This document shows, in pieces, positions 8,287 through 20,919 of a DNA stretch of 28,956 nt (positions are counted from its first letter, which is position 1; every line of letters starts with the position of its first letter). This stretch comes from an uncultured Azospirillum sp. (GTDB lineage Bacteria; Pseudomonadota; Alphaproteobacteria; RF32; CAG-239). The notes under the pieces are model-generated. The model saw only the letters and a program-made list of their open reading frames with translations, was not told the origin of the DNA and did no database searches. The translations under genes and the position numbers were made by a program. The DNA lies in the NCBI GenBank assembly GCA_964521455.1, contig CAZFRT010000003.1:1-28956 (forward strand), read 5' to 3'.

Positions 8287-8817
8287 ATGGTTAATATTGA
8301 AAATGATGCGGACGAAAATATTTCCGACGAAAATCTAAAAATTATCGACAAGAAAAAGTTCTTGCTGTTCTTATTGCCGATATTGATTGTCATCGGACTG
8401 ATTGTCAGTTTTTATTTCATTTCCGGAAAAGACATCAATTCCGAAGAAGAGCTCCCTTACACTGTGGTTGATAAATCTACCGCGGAAGACGGCAGCAAAA
8501 AAAACTTGCTTATTTTCTACGATCTTCCGGAAATAAACGTACAGATCAAAACCGCCGAAGGGAAACAAGGACTTGCTAAAATCCGCTTAAGCATTGAAAT
8601 TCCTACCGTTGACGACATAAAAATCATTGAGGGACTCATGCCGCAAATCGCCGATGCCGTCATCGCCCATACACTGGAATTGACCGAAGACGAATTACAA
8701 GGATCCGACAGTCTTTACTATCTGAAAGAAGAATTACAATATCGTATGAACTTGATTACAGATCCTATAAAAATAACCAACTTAAACATCAAAAATTTCG
8801 AAATTCAGAAGAAATAA
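8287..8817 (+). CDS. fliL: Flagellar basal body-associated protein FliL
   Basis: Single N-terminal TM helix, FYDLPEINVQI, MPQIADAVIAH, LQGSDSLYYLKEEL..R motifs; immediately upstream of fliM. ATG 8287 follows GGAG (track start GTG 8272). Confidence 0.85.
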   Translation: MVNIENDADENISDENLKIIDKKKFLLFLLPILIVIGLIVSFYFISGKDINSEEELPYTVVDKSTAEDGSKKNLLIFYDLPEINVQIKTAEGKQGLAKIRLSIEIPTVDDIKIIEGLMPQIADAVIAHTLELTEDELQGSDSLYYLKEELQYRMNLITDPIKITNLNIKNFEIQKK

Positions 8818-8829
8818 GGAACAACTGAC

Positions 8830-9912
8830 GTGGCTGAGGAAAATAAAGAGCAAAACAACCAAACTTCGGATAAAGACTGGGCTGATATGATTCAGGTTCG
8901 CGGCGAAAATTCACAGGTCGCCATGCCGTCCGCCGACAACGGAGACACCAAAATTCTCAATCAGGAAGAAATTGACAGCCTGTTCGGTTATTCCGGAGAT
9001 GATGAAGAAACAGATTCCTACACAATGAAAACCGGAGTCAGAGCCATACTGAATTCATCAATGGTTTCTTACGAACGTTTGCCAATGCTGGATATCGTCT
9101 TTGACCGTCTTATCCGCATGATGGCAACTTCTCTGCGTAACTTCACACAAGACAACGTTGAGGTATCATTAGATAACATTGAATCAATGCGTTTCGGCGA
9201 ATATATCGATTCTCTGACTTTTCCGACACTTCTCGCCGTGTTCAAAGCTGAAGAATGGGACAATTACGGCCTGATGTCCGTTGATTCGTCCCTTGTATAC
9301 TCCATTGTGGATGTATTGCTTGGAGGAAGACGCGGAACAGCCGCCATGAGAATTGAAGGTCGACCATATACTACGATTGAACTAAACCTTGTCAAAGATA
9401 TGATTGAACTCATCCTCTCTGATTTATCAACAGCCTTTGACCCTGTAACTTCTGTTAACTTCTCATACGACAGACTGGAAACCAACCCTCGCTTCGCGAC
9501 CATTTCTCGCTTATCCAACGCGGTAATTGTCGCCCGTCTGAGAATAGACATGGAAGACCGCGGCGGAAAAATAGACCTGATGATTCCTTACGCCACGCTG
9601 GAACCGGTCAGAGATTTGCTACTCCAAATGTTTATGGGCGAACGCTATGGTCGCGATACCATTTGGGAAAATCATTTAATGGAAGAACTCTGGGAAACCG
9701 ACATTGAAATTAAAGCTATCCTGAAAGAAAAAAAGATTAGTCTCGGAGAAATTGCAAAATGGGACAAAGGTTCTTTTCTTCCGTTGGAAATGAACAGTAA
9801 TGAAGACATTACACTTATTTGCGGAGATGTTCCGTTAATCACAGGCACCATGGGACGCAAATCCGAACACATTGTCATCAAAGTAAAAGACAAGGCTGAA
9901 AAAAATGGATAA
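8830..9912 (+). CDS. fliM: Flagellar motor switch protein FliM
   Basis: ILNQEEIDSLFG CheY-binding motif, YERLPMLDIVFDR, LETNPRFATI, PYATLEPVRDLL and a C-terminal SpoA domain. Confidence 0.96.
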   Translation: MAEENKEQNNQTSDKDWADMIQVRGENSQVAMPSADNGDTKILNQEEIDSLFGYSGDDEETDSYTMKTGVRAILNSSMVSYERLPMLDIVFDRLIRMMATSLRNFTQDNVEVSLDNIESMRFGEYIDSLTFPTLLAVFKAEEWDNYGLMSVDSSLVYSIVDVLLGGRRGTAAMRIEGRPYTTIELNLVKDMIELILSDLSTAFDPVTSVNFSYDRLETNPRFATISRLSNAVIVARLRIDMEDRGGKIDLMIPYATLEPVRDLLLQMFMGERYGRDTIWENHLMEELWETDIEIKAILKEKKISLGEIAKWDKGSFLPLEMNSNEDITLICGDVPLITGTMGRKSEHIVIKVKDKAEKNG

Positions 9913-10390
9913 TTTTGAATTCATCATCAACATAAGCATCATTGTTTTATTGGTTCCCACCCTTATTTACACTTATAAGTTAAATAAGAACCTGAACCTC
10001 TTAAGACAAAACCAAAACAGCCTCGCCAAACTGGTGGAAGCCTTAAACGACGCCACGTTTAAAGCTGAAAACTCCATTCCGAAACTAAAATCGGTAACAG
10101 AACATTCTTCCGAGGGCTTAAAAGAAGTAGTGGACAATGCCAAGACTCTCAAAGACGATCTGATGTTTATCAACGAACGGGCGGACAATCTTGCCGACCG
10201 CTTGGAAACAGTCATTCGTGACGGCAGAAACATCAAAGAAGAAGTTCCCAACACATCATCTTTGTTCGGTCACAAAAAAAACACTTTTCAAACAGAGGCA
10301 AAAAAGGTAGAAGATAATGTCTTCTCAATTGAAGATTCCCGTTCCGAAGCGGAAATGGAACTGCTTAAGGCTCTCAGATCTATAAAATAA
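9905..10390 (+). CDS. DUF6468-like membrane-anchored coiled-coil protein of alphaproteobacterial fliL-fliM clusters
   Basis: N-terminal TM, coiled coil, C-terminal RSEAEMELLKALRS; overlaps the fliM stop; conserved position after fliM. Confidence 0.72.
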   Translation: MDNFEFIINISIIVLLVPTLIYTYKLNKNLNLLRQNQNSLAKLVEALNDATFKAENSIPKLKSVTEHSSEGLKEVVDNAKTLKDDLMFINERADNLADRLETVIRDGRNIKEEVPNTSSLFGHKKNTFQTEAKKVEDNVFSIEDSRSEAEMELLKALRSIK

Positions 10391-10400
10391 GGGTGTATAA

Positions 10401-11060
10401 ATGTTATCAAAAAAATTAAAACAAAACTTTCGCATTCTCCCTGTTTTTATCTTTATGGCTGCACTGACTTTGTCCGTCCGCATTAATAATGTGTTTGACG
10501 AAATCAAAAAACAGGAAACAAAAACCGTAAGTATTTCCCAGTCAGAAGCCTTTGCTGATGAAAAAGACACAAAAGAAACAGTCGAACTTGACAACATTCT
10601 TAACAATACCGACAGCACAGGAAATAACAGCAATATCGGCAAACAAAATAAATCAAATTTCACTCAGTCGGAAATCATGATTCTTCAGGAATTAGCCGAA
10701 AGAAGAGAAGCTTTGGATCTGCGTAGCAGAGAAATTGATAAAAAAGCAGTTCAGCTGAAAGTTGCCGAAAGTGAAATCGATAAGAAACTGAAACAGCTCA
10801 AAGAATATGAAACAAAATTAAGAAAACTGATTAAAGAGTATAATGAGAAGGAAAAAGAAAAGCTTAATTCTTTGGTAAAAATGTATTCTACAATGAAACC
10901 TAAAGATGCCGCCCGTATTTTCAATACGCTGGATTTGGAAGTGGCCGTCTCTCTGCTTGGAGAAATGAAACCATCTGTTTCATCCGCCATCTTATCTCAA
11001 ATGCAGTCAGAAAAAGCCAAAGCTGTAACAGACGAACTGATAGGTTATAATATTAATTAG
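10401..11060 (+). CDS. motE: MotE-family flagellar motility protein (MgtE_N-like C-terminus)
   Basis: RILPVFIFMAALTLSVR N-terminus, coiled coil, LVKMYSTMKPKDAARIF..LD..V...L..MKP..S.ILSQM signature. Confidence 0.8.
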   Translation: MLSKKLKQNFRILPVFIFMAALTLSVRINNVFDEIKKQETKTVSISQSEAFADEKDTKETVELDNILNNTDSTGNNSNIGKQNKSNFTQSEIMILQELAERREALDLRSREIDKKAVQLKVAESEIDKKLKQLKEYETKLRKLIKEYNEKEKEKLNSLVKMYSTMKPKDAARIFNTLDLEVAVSLLGEMKPSVSSAILSQMQSEKAKAVTDELIGYNIN

Positions 11061-11069
11061 GGATATACC

Positions 11070-14000
11070 TTGGCACAAGCAAAAGACATATATAAAAAAA
11101 TTCTAAAACATTCAGCATTGTTTCTGAGTGTTTTTTGCCTGTCTGCTCCAATGGCTGTTTCCGGACCGGTCAGTTATGACACCATCGGAAGAACCATCTC
11201 TCTTGAACTGCCGATGGATGAAAAAACCGACTACAAAATTGAAGCAAAAGACAACAAAGTACAGCTTTCATTCAGCAAACCTTTATCTTACCCTATATCG
11301 GATATTCAAAAGAAATATCCGAATGTTATCTCCGACAGCCAAATGTCCAATGACCAAAAACAGATAACCTTAACAACAAAATTTCCGGTAAGCACAAAAA
11401 ACTTTCGCCGAAAAAATAAACTGATAATCGACATTTCTCCACAAAACACCATATTGACGGCAAATGGGATAGATGCCCAAAATAAAACTATTGCCATAGA
11501 ATACGGCAACCATCCTAAATTTGACCGATTTGCTTTCAAATATTCCGGCAGCAGAAGACCTAACATAAAAATCAGCCAAGAACCTCAAAAAACTATTGTC
11601 AGCGTTGGTAAGGATATTCGTTTGCTCTCGGATAATCTTCAAAATTATCCGGAAGCCAAACAAATTATGCAAGCTCGAAACAAAAATGGTGAACTGGAAA
11701 TCATTTTTCCGAAGAAACTCGTTCGAAACTTCGAAATCAACCACAAAATCGTAATTGATATAGAAAAATCAGTTAACGACGATTTGGAAGAAGATCATAC
11801 TCAAAAAACTATTCCGATGATTGTTTCATCCGAAAAAACCGTTGCAAAAAACCAACAACTGGCCTTAACCCAACTCATTCCGCAGACAAATGACCATTCT
11901 GTCGCCAGCTTGAGCTTTCCATGGAACATCCCTGTCAATCTCGCTGTTTTTCAAAGAAACGGCTATTTGTGGATTATTTTTGACCATCGTCAAAATGTTG
12001 ATATTGAGGAGTTGACATCCTTAACCGCAAAAATGGCCGATGAACTGCTCCAAATGCCTCATCCGAGTGCAACGGTTTTAAGACTGAAACTTAAACCGAA
12101 GGTTTATCCGTCTATTCGTAAAGAAGGCTTGCTGTGGATTATCGACTTACTGAAACAAGATACGTCAGACACAATTAAGGATTTGCCACTGTACACCCAA
12201 TATGACAGCTCAAAAAAACCTTACTTGTTCATCCCTACAACTGCTGCCGGAAATACCGTAACCATTATTGATCCTGCAATCGGTGATATTATCTCCGTTT
12301 CCCCGAGTTCTGAGCTAAAAAGCGGATTAAAAAACGCTTACAGCTATCCGGACTTTGAACTCCTTGACTCTACTCAAGGTGTTGCCATGGTCTTCAAAGC
12401 CCACGATGTTACATTGGATAGATCCAATGTCGGTTTGACCATTAAGGCTCTAAATCGAGGGCTTAATATATCCGCAAATCTGGAAAGTTTGAAAAGACAC
12501 GAAATCATTGTCCGAACAAAAGAAAATCTCCCGTCTTTAATTGCAGACATTCCGCAACAGATATTAAAAGAGAAATTCACCAAAGCGGAAGAATTACTCA
12601 AACAGGACATCTCATCTGCAGAAGAAAATGAAAAAGACAAAGCCAAAATGCTTCTTGCTCAATATTACATTTCTAAAGGTTTAGGAACAAATGCTCTCAA
12701 CGTCTTAAACAAAATGGCGGAAAACAAGTCCAAAGAAATCAATACGGAATACTACCAAGGTCTCATGGGAATTGCTAACTTCTTAACCAGAAGATATGAT
12801 CAAGCCATTGAAAACTTCTCATTCGGACACTTGCCTGAATTAAACGAGGCTATTTTTTGGAGAACCCTCGCTTCGGCGGCCAAGCAACCTCAACCGGAAG
12901 ATAATGTCGTATTACTTTCTTATATCTCACTAATCAAAGATTACCCGAATGAACTAAAAAACAGAATAGCCATGATCGGAGCTGAGATAGCCCTCGCTGC
13001 CGGAGATGACATGACCACTCAAAACTTTATAGATGTTCTTAAAACAACCGACAGTAAAAAGAATTATCAGGATGAGATTAATTATTTGAGTGCAAAAAAA
13101 TTCCTGATACAAGGTTATCCTCGTAATGCCATCAGAGAATTTCGCCGTGTTGCTGCAGGAAACTCACTAAAATATGCCGCTCTTGCCCGCAAACAAATTG
13201 CTAATCTCGAAATAGAACTAAATGCCACCAAACCGGAAAAAGCCATTAACGAGTTGGAAAGATTGCGTTTTGCCTGGAGCGAAAAAGAATTTCGCAAAAA
13301 CTTATTAGACAACTTGTCCGGATTATATATCCGTAACAATGATTATTACAATGCCCTGCGTTCATTACAAAAACTTCATAAGTTGAGTACGTCCGAAGAG
13401 CAAGAAAGAATAACCGAAAAAATGGTTTCTTTATTTGAAGATATCTACATAAACAATCGGGCGGACAATCTTCCGGCATTAAAATCTCTGGCTTTATATC
13501 AGGATTTTGAGTGGTTGGCTCCGAAAAGCAAACATTATAATATGATAATTCAAAAACTAAGCGATCGTTTAGTAGCTGTCGACTTATTAGATCGGGCGGA
13601 ACAGCTCCTAACCGACGAATTGAAAAACAATACATTATCTCCGGAAGAACGAGGATCTGCGGGAGCCCGTCTGGCTCTGATTTATCTGTTTAAAGAGCAA
13701 AACAACAACGCCCTCCGAATTTTAGATCAAACGGAATATGATAACTTGCCACAAACCCTTTATCTGCATCGCAAAATTATTCGGGCTAAAGCATTATCTG
13801 CCTTAGGTAAACAAGAAGAAGCCCTCGACTTGCTAAAGGATGATTACAGCCGCAACGCCCTGCTCTTAAAAAGCGAAATCTATTGGAATGCCGGCATTTG
13901 GGGACAAGCAGCGGATAATCTGAAGTACCTCATTGAAAAACCCGTTGAAGGAAAACCGCTGAGTCAAGAACAAATTAATCTGATTTTGGATTGGGCCACC

Positions 14001-14242
14001 GCTTTGAAAAAATCCGGCAAAGAAACCGTTATCGTCAGATTACGCAATAAGTTTATGCCTTATTTCAAAAATACCAAATATCATAGCGTATTTAACATCT
14101 TAACGAACCGTCTGGAAGATGATAAAATCGACATCAAACAGATTGACAACGTGATTAACGATGTGGCCGCTTACAGCGATTTTGCAAAAATATACAACAA
14201 TTCGCTGAGAAACATTAAAGAAAATCAAAATACAGAAACAAA

Positions 14243-14246
<4 letters not shown>
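11070..14246 (+). CDS. Large exported protein (1058 aa): beta-rich N-terminal domains plus TPR-like helical C-terminal half; putative flagellar motor accessory
   Basis: TTG start after AGGGA; signal-like hydrophobic stretch; repeated xxLxIDI beta-strand endings (AMIN-like); TPR-like helices ([37 protein letters not shown]). Confidence 0.75.
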
Positions 14247-16228
<1,982 letters not shown>

Positions 16229-16291
16229 TTGTTCCAACCAAACATTTTATCTGAAATTTCTGTATTAGGTACCAGCTAGACAAGTTTTAGA

Positions 16292-16439
16292 TGTCCATTA
16301 TACAAGTTTTTATAAAAACTTCGGAGAATGAGACAAGTAGAAGTATTTAGAAGGCGAGAAAAATTTTAGCGTACACAGACGTACGTGAATTTTTCGAGAC
16401 CACACTAAATGCTTCTAATTGTCCATTATACGAGTTTTT
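16292..16439. repeat. Palindromic RPE/MITE-like element flanked by ~20-bp direct repeats
   Basis: Direct repeats tgtccattatac(a/g)agttttt at 16292-16311 and 16420-16439; perfect 18-bp palindrome at 16304-16321; long imperfect hairpin ~16327-16428 with core gcgtacacagacgtacgtga. Confidence 0.72.
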
Positions 16440-16879
16440 TACTCTCTGTGATAAGGATGATGCTGTATAATCGTCTGCATACGGTAAATTTGTTCAGAGA
16501 GAACAGCACGCATTAACATATGCGGGAGAGTCAACTTACCAAAGGATAAAAGCAAATCGGCTTTATCGCGAGTGGATTGAAGATGCCCGTCAGCTCCACC
16601 AATTAAAAAACAAAGCTCGGAACAACCGTTTATTTGCCAGTTTTCAACTTTTTTTGCTAAATCGGTACTTTTCATATTTTCGCCACGTTCATCCAGCACA
16701 ATTACTTTTGCACCTGAAGGAATAGAAGATTGCAAAAAGCGAGCTTCTTCCTCCTGAACGGAATTATCCTTTTCCTTAATAACAATATCCCATCCCGAAC
16801 GCTTGACATATTCTTCAATAATCATCGCTTCCGGAGAATTCTTTTTACATTTGCCGATAGCCGCAATTGTTACTTTCAT
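16439..16879 (-). CDS. rlmH: 23S rRNA (pseudouridine1915-N3)-methyltransferase RlmH
   Basis: IVLDERGENMKS, FLIGGADG, LSFGKLTLPHMLMRAVLSEQIYR, HHPYHRE SPOUT motifs. Confidence 0.96.
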   Translation of the reverse strand: MKVTIAAIGKCKKNSPEAMIIEEYVKRSGWDIVIKEKDNSVQEEEARFLQSSIPSGAKVIVLDERGENMKSTDLAKKVENWQINGCSELCFLIGGADGHLQSTRDKADLLLSFGKLTLPHMLMRAVLSEQIYRMQTIIQHHPYHRE

Positions 16880-16898
16880 TTTTCACCTCAACTTTTCT

Positions 16899-16959
16899 TT
16901 TATACTCAAATCCCAGTAACGTCAATACTTCTTGACAATTAGACAAAAACAACTAAACT
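16899..16959. promoter_or_regulatory. Candidate back-to-back sigma70 promoters for rlmH (minus) and the inserted gene pair (plus)
   Basis: Minus: TTGACG (16925-16920), 15 nt, TATAAA (16904-16899). Plus: TTGACA (16932-16937), 16 nt, TAAACT (16954-16959). Spacers are non-optimal. Confidence 0.4.
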
Positions 16960-17004
16960 TCCGAAAGAATTAAATTGATTATTGTTAACTTAAAATAAAA
17001 GCGT

Positions 17005-17451
17005 ATGAATATTATTAAAAAAAATCTGATTACAGCTCGTATCTTCTTCTATCTGGCACACAACGACAAAGCCTTCTATGAAGAAAACAAGAGAAGATAT
17101 TTGATTTATCCGTTACACATCTGCAAAGCAAAAGTTCCTTTTTGCTCAGCCCAACAATCAGCTCAAATGCTGTCTGATATTCTGGAAAAAAACATTTCTC
17201 CCGAAAATCTGCTTTATGTGGAAGAAAATGATCCCTCAGTATTATGGACACCATTTAACGGCTGGATGTATGACAACGAAAACGGCGTTTTCTTTACTGA
17301 AAAAAATGGACGCCATATTTTGTTCATGGACAAGCGTATTTGGTACAATACCAAAAATACAATTATTACCGAAACAGAACACTGGTTTTACACAGCCATT
17401 CTTTGGCTTGTCTTTCTCGGTCTCCTGACACTTCTGGTAATTACCGCGTAA
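17005..17451 (+). CDS. Hypothetical protein with a C-terminal transmembrane helix
   Basis: 148-aa ORF ending in WFYTAILWLVFLGLLTLLVITA; no family recognised. Confidence 0.65.
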   Translation: MNIIKKNLITARIFFYLAHNDKAFYEENKRRYLIYPLHICKAKVPFCSAQQSAQMLSDILEKNISPENLLYVEENDPSVLWTPFNGWMYDNENGVFFTEKNGRHILFMDKRIWYNTKNTIITETEHWFYTAILWLVFLGLLTLLVITA

Positions 17452-17480
17452 GTCTTATTTAACGTTAATTTCAAATAACG

Positions 17481-17966
17481 ATGGATCCCTCACACTTGTA
17501 CATGTTTGTCGATTATGACGGTGTCGTAAAGACTTTCGCCGAGAACTTCCCTTTTTACCATGAACGGGAAAAGGCACCTTTCAGTCATTCCATGATAAGG
17601 ATTCTTTCCTGTATCGCCTGGAAAGCCAAGATACCGGCATATTTCATTCCGATATCTTCCACTCCGGGAAACTACAGTAAAGAAGAACTCAAAGCAATGT
17701 TTGTAAACATTTACGGAGTTGATAATCTGGATTTGCACCCTGACGAAGAAATTGTTCCGGTTCGAACCGAGCGAGATCATTACGTCAAACAAATCTTACA
17801 AAAATATCAGCCGCAATATCATCTTGTATTGGACGACGAAGCCTTTTGGTATGAAAATAAACAGCTAAATTACTTCCGCACCGACACATACAACGGAATA
17901 ACCCATCAAGTCTTTTGCAGATTATGGGACTTCGCCGAAGAAATTGCCGCTCATAACATTCAATAA
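17481..17966 (+). CDS. HAD-superfamily protein resembling the HAD domain of Swiss Army Knife RNA-repair proteins (HAD_SAK_2-like)
   Basis: Motif I FVDYDGVV, motif II ISST, R..YV..IL, motif IV HLVLDDE and terminal FRTDTYNGIT in a capless ~160-aa fold. Confidence 0.62.
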   Translation: MDPSHLYMFVDYDGVVKTFAENFPFYHEREKAPFSHSMIRILSCIAWKAKIPAYFIPISSTPGNYSKEELKAMFVNIYGVDNLDLHPDEEIVPVRTERDHYVKQILQKYQPQYHLVLDDEAFWYENKQLNYFRTDTYNGITHQVFCRLWDFAEEIAAHNIQ

Positions 17967-17985
17967 AGATTTGTTCCAAATTCCA

Positions 17986-18017
17986 AAAAAAGCGGTTCTT
18001 CCAAGAACCGCTTTTTT
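17986..18017. terminator. Bidirectional intrinsic terminator between the HAD gene and rsfS
   Basis: aaaaaagcggttctt-cc-aagaaccgctttttt perfect inverted repeat. Confidence 0.85.
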
Positions 18018-18018
18018 A

Positions 18019-18390
18019 TTATTCATCACGAATATTAGCTATTGCGTTCCACATTTTTTCAAGATTATAAAATTCTCGAACTTCCGGCTTGAAAATATGC
18101 ACAATCACATCAAAAGCGTCTATCAAGACCCAATCGGCTCTTTCTTCGCCTTCACTGACAGACTTAAAACCTTCAGCTTTGAGGTTTTCCTTAATTTTCT
18201 CAGCCAAAGAAGCCACATGACGCTGCGAAGTACCACTGGCAACCACCATCTGATTAGCAATGGAGGTTTTTCCCTTCAAATCAATAACCGTCACATCCTC
18301 TGCTTTCCCATCATCCAAAGTCGATGTAATAATCTCTAAAATTCTGTCTTCTGCATTTACTTCAGTTTTTTTTGCAGTTGCTTTAACCAA
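18019..18390 (-). CDS. rsfS: Ribosome silencing factor RsfS (Iojap)
   Basis: LDDGKAEDVTVIDL, MVVASGTSQRHV, DWVLIDAFDVIVHIF..EVREFYNLEKMW. Confidence 0.96.
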   Translation of the reverse strand: MVKATAKKTEVNAEDRILEIITSTLDDGKAEDVTVIDLKGKTSIANQMVVASGTSQRHVASLAEKIKENLKAEGFKSVSEGEERADWVLIDAFDVIVHIFKPEVREFYNLEKMWNAIANIRDE

Positions 18391-18408
18391 TATTCCAACT
18401 CCTTAACA

Positions 18409-19500
<1,092 letters not shown>

Positions 19501-19551
19501 TTAAAAGAAATTTAATCTCTACCGAAAAAATTACAACAGAAACCGGCAGTT

Positions 19552-19582
19552 AAAAATAGAGGGGATGACAAGACACCCCCTC
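19552..19582 (-). terminator. Intrinsic terminator after rplU-rpmA
   Basis: Minus strand gagggggtg-tcttgt-catcccctc (one G-U pair) followed by tattttt. Confidence 0.65.
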
Positions 19583-19607
19583 CACCGAAATTTGATTAAG
19601 AAAAAAA

Positions 19608-19862
19608 CTATTCGGTAACAACAGAAACAAAAGTTCTGTCATTGGCTTTTTTCTTGAATTCAACTTTACCTTCGGCAGTTGCAAAGATAGTGTGATCTTT
19701 ACCCATACCAACATTTGCACCCGGATGATACTGAGTACCACGTTGACGAATGATGATATTTCCCGGAATTACGGCTTCACCGCCGAATTTTTTAACACCT
19801 AAACGGCGTCCGATAGAATCACGTCCGTTATTTGAGCTACCGCCTGACTTCTTATGTGCCAT
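19608..19862 (-). CDS. rpmA: 50S ribosomal protein L27
   Basis: [44 protein letters not shown]. Confidence 0.98.
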   Translation of the reverse strand: MAHKKSGGSSNNGRDSIGRRLGVKKFGGEAVIPGNIIIRQRGTQYHPGANVGMGKDHTIFATAEGKVEFKKKANDRTFVSVVTE

Positions 19863-19883
19863 AACTTATTCTCCTAAACTCAA

Positions 19884-20186
19884 TTATTTGCCGCAAACAT
19901 CAGTGATTTTAACTAATGTGATGTTTTGTCTGTGGCCGTTTTTACGACGATAGTTTTGTCTTCTCTTCTTTTTGAAAACAATAACCTTAGCGTCTTTAGC
20001 TTGTTTCAATACAAGAGCCTTAACAGAAGCACCTGCAACCAAAGGTGTGCCAACGGTTTCACCCATTGCCAAAACTTCGTTGAAGACAACTTCTTTACCT
20101 TCTTCACCGGCGATTTTTTCAATTTTTACAACATCACCAGATGCTACTTTGTATTGTTTTCCGCCTGTTTTAATTACTGCGTACAT
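19884..20186 (-). CDS. rplU: 50S ribosomal protein L21
   Basis: MYAVIKTGGKQYKV and KVIVFKKKRRQNYRRKNGHRQ; ATG 20186 is 7 nt after AGGTG (the track's 20192 start is too close to the SD). Confidence 0.97.
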   Translation of the reverse strand: MYAVIKTGGKQYKVASGDVVKIEKIAGEEGKEVVFNEVLAMGETVGTPLVAGASVKALVLKQAKDAKVIVFKKKRRQNYRRKNGHRQNITLVKITDVCGK

Positions 20187-20235
20187 TTTCATTCACCTAA
20201 TTTCAGATTATTTTAAACATAAAACGTTGCTTTGC

Positions 20236-20263
20236 AATATACATAAGATTTTTAAGCTGTCAA
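20236..20263 (-). promoter_or_regulatory. Candidate sigma70 promoter of rplU-rpmA
   Basis: TTGACA (20263-20258), 16 nt, TATATT (20241-20236), about 50 nt upstream of rplU. Confidence 0.6.
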
Positions 20264-20293
20264 CTATAATTTAGCCAAAATTTAATCTTTTCT

Positions 20294-20752
20294 TCATTTA
20301 TTTAAGATTCTGTGCAACTCCAGTCGCATAAAACGCCCTTGCCACATTCCTCTTTTATTTTCCCGGGCATCTTTTTCCCATTCTTTATACTTTTTGCTTT
20401 TACTTCTGTAAACCACGGCCCAACCGGCTTCAAGCATTTTCCTATTAAGATAAATCTTTCCTGCATAACATTTGCTCAGTTCTCTTTTATAAATATCAAC
20501 GGCAATTTTCCGACAGGAAACATCTTTTCCCTTAACCAAAGACTTCAAATAAGCCTTAGCCTTCTCTCCGCAATCATATTTTTTACCGGAAACATCATCA
20601 CATTTTTGCCGATATTCCGGAGCATCAATTCCAATCAGACGAATCTCCCTCCCGTTTAAGGACAAACTGTCTCCGTCTTTTACATAAACATCGGCAGCGG
20701 CCGTTTGAGAACAAATCATTGTCACAAACACCAAACACAAATATTTTTTCAC
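20294..20752 (-). CDS. Exported thermonuclease (SNase-like) family protein
   Basis: Signal peptide, DGDSL, IRLIGIDAPE, DIYKR, LNRKMLEAGWA, ARENKRGMW motifs. Confidence 0.92.
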   Translation of the reverse strand: MKKYLCLVFVTMICSQTAAADVYVKDGDSLSLNGREIRLIGIDAPEYRQKCDDVSGKKYDCGEKAKAYLKSLVKGKDVSCRKIAVDIYKRELSKCYAGKIYLNRKMLEAGWAVVYRSKSKKYKEWEKDARENKRGMWQGRFMRLELHRILNK

Positions 20753-20919
20753 GTTGTTTCCTCATTTCTTTATAAAAACATTACCGATTAAACAACCTGA
20801 GTTTAAAAATATGGTAAAAATACGCTGAATAACCTCAAAAAAAACTTTGTTGTTTGATAAAGTTTGGCTTATGATAAAGAAAGTTTAAACTTATTTGCAA
20901 ATAGAGGTTTTTAAATATC

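Noticed and set aside
11058-11072. motE and the TPR gene are in the same frame separated by one TAG, which together with the uvrB TAG suggested genome-wide TAG reassignment or a MotE-TPR fusion
   Set aside because: TAG also ends the envZ-like gene (25635-25637) and the ompR-like gene (27021-27023) at natural C-termini. The TPR gene has its own SD-like AGGGA and a signal-like N-terminus. Same-frame adjacency occurs one time in three by chance.
16292-16439. Possible mini-CRISPR (two direct repeats with a spacer)
   Set aside because: Only two ~20-bp repeats, a ~108-nt self-complementary spacer and no cas genes; it fits a palindromic element better.
16880-18018. Prophage remnant or IS explanation for the rsfS-rlmH insertion
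   Set aside because: No integrase, transposase, terminal inverted repeats or flanking att-like duplication were seen; kept only as an insertion of unknown origin.
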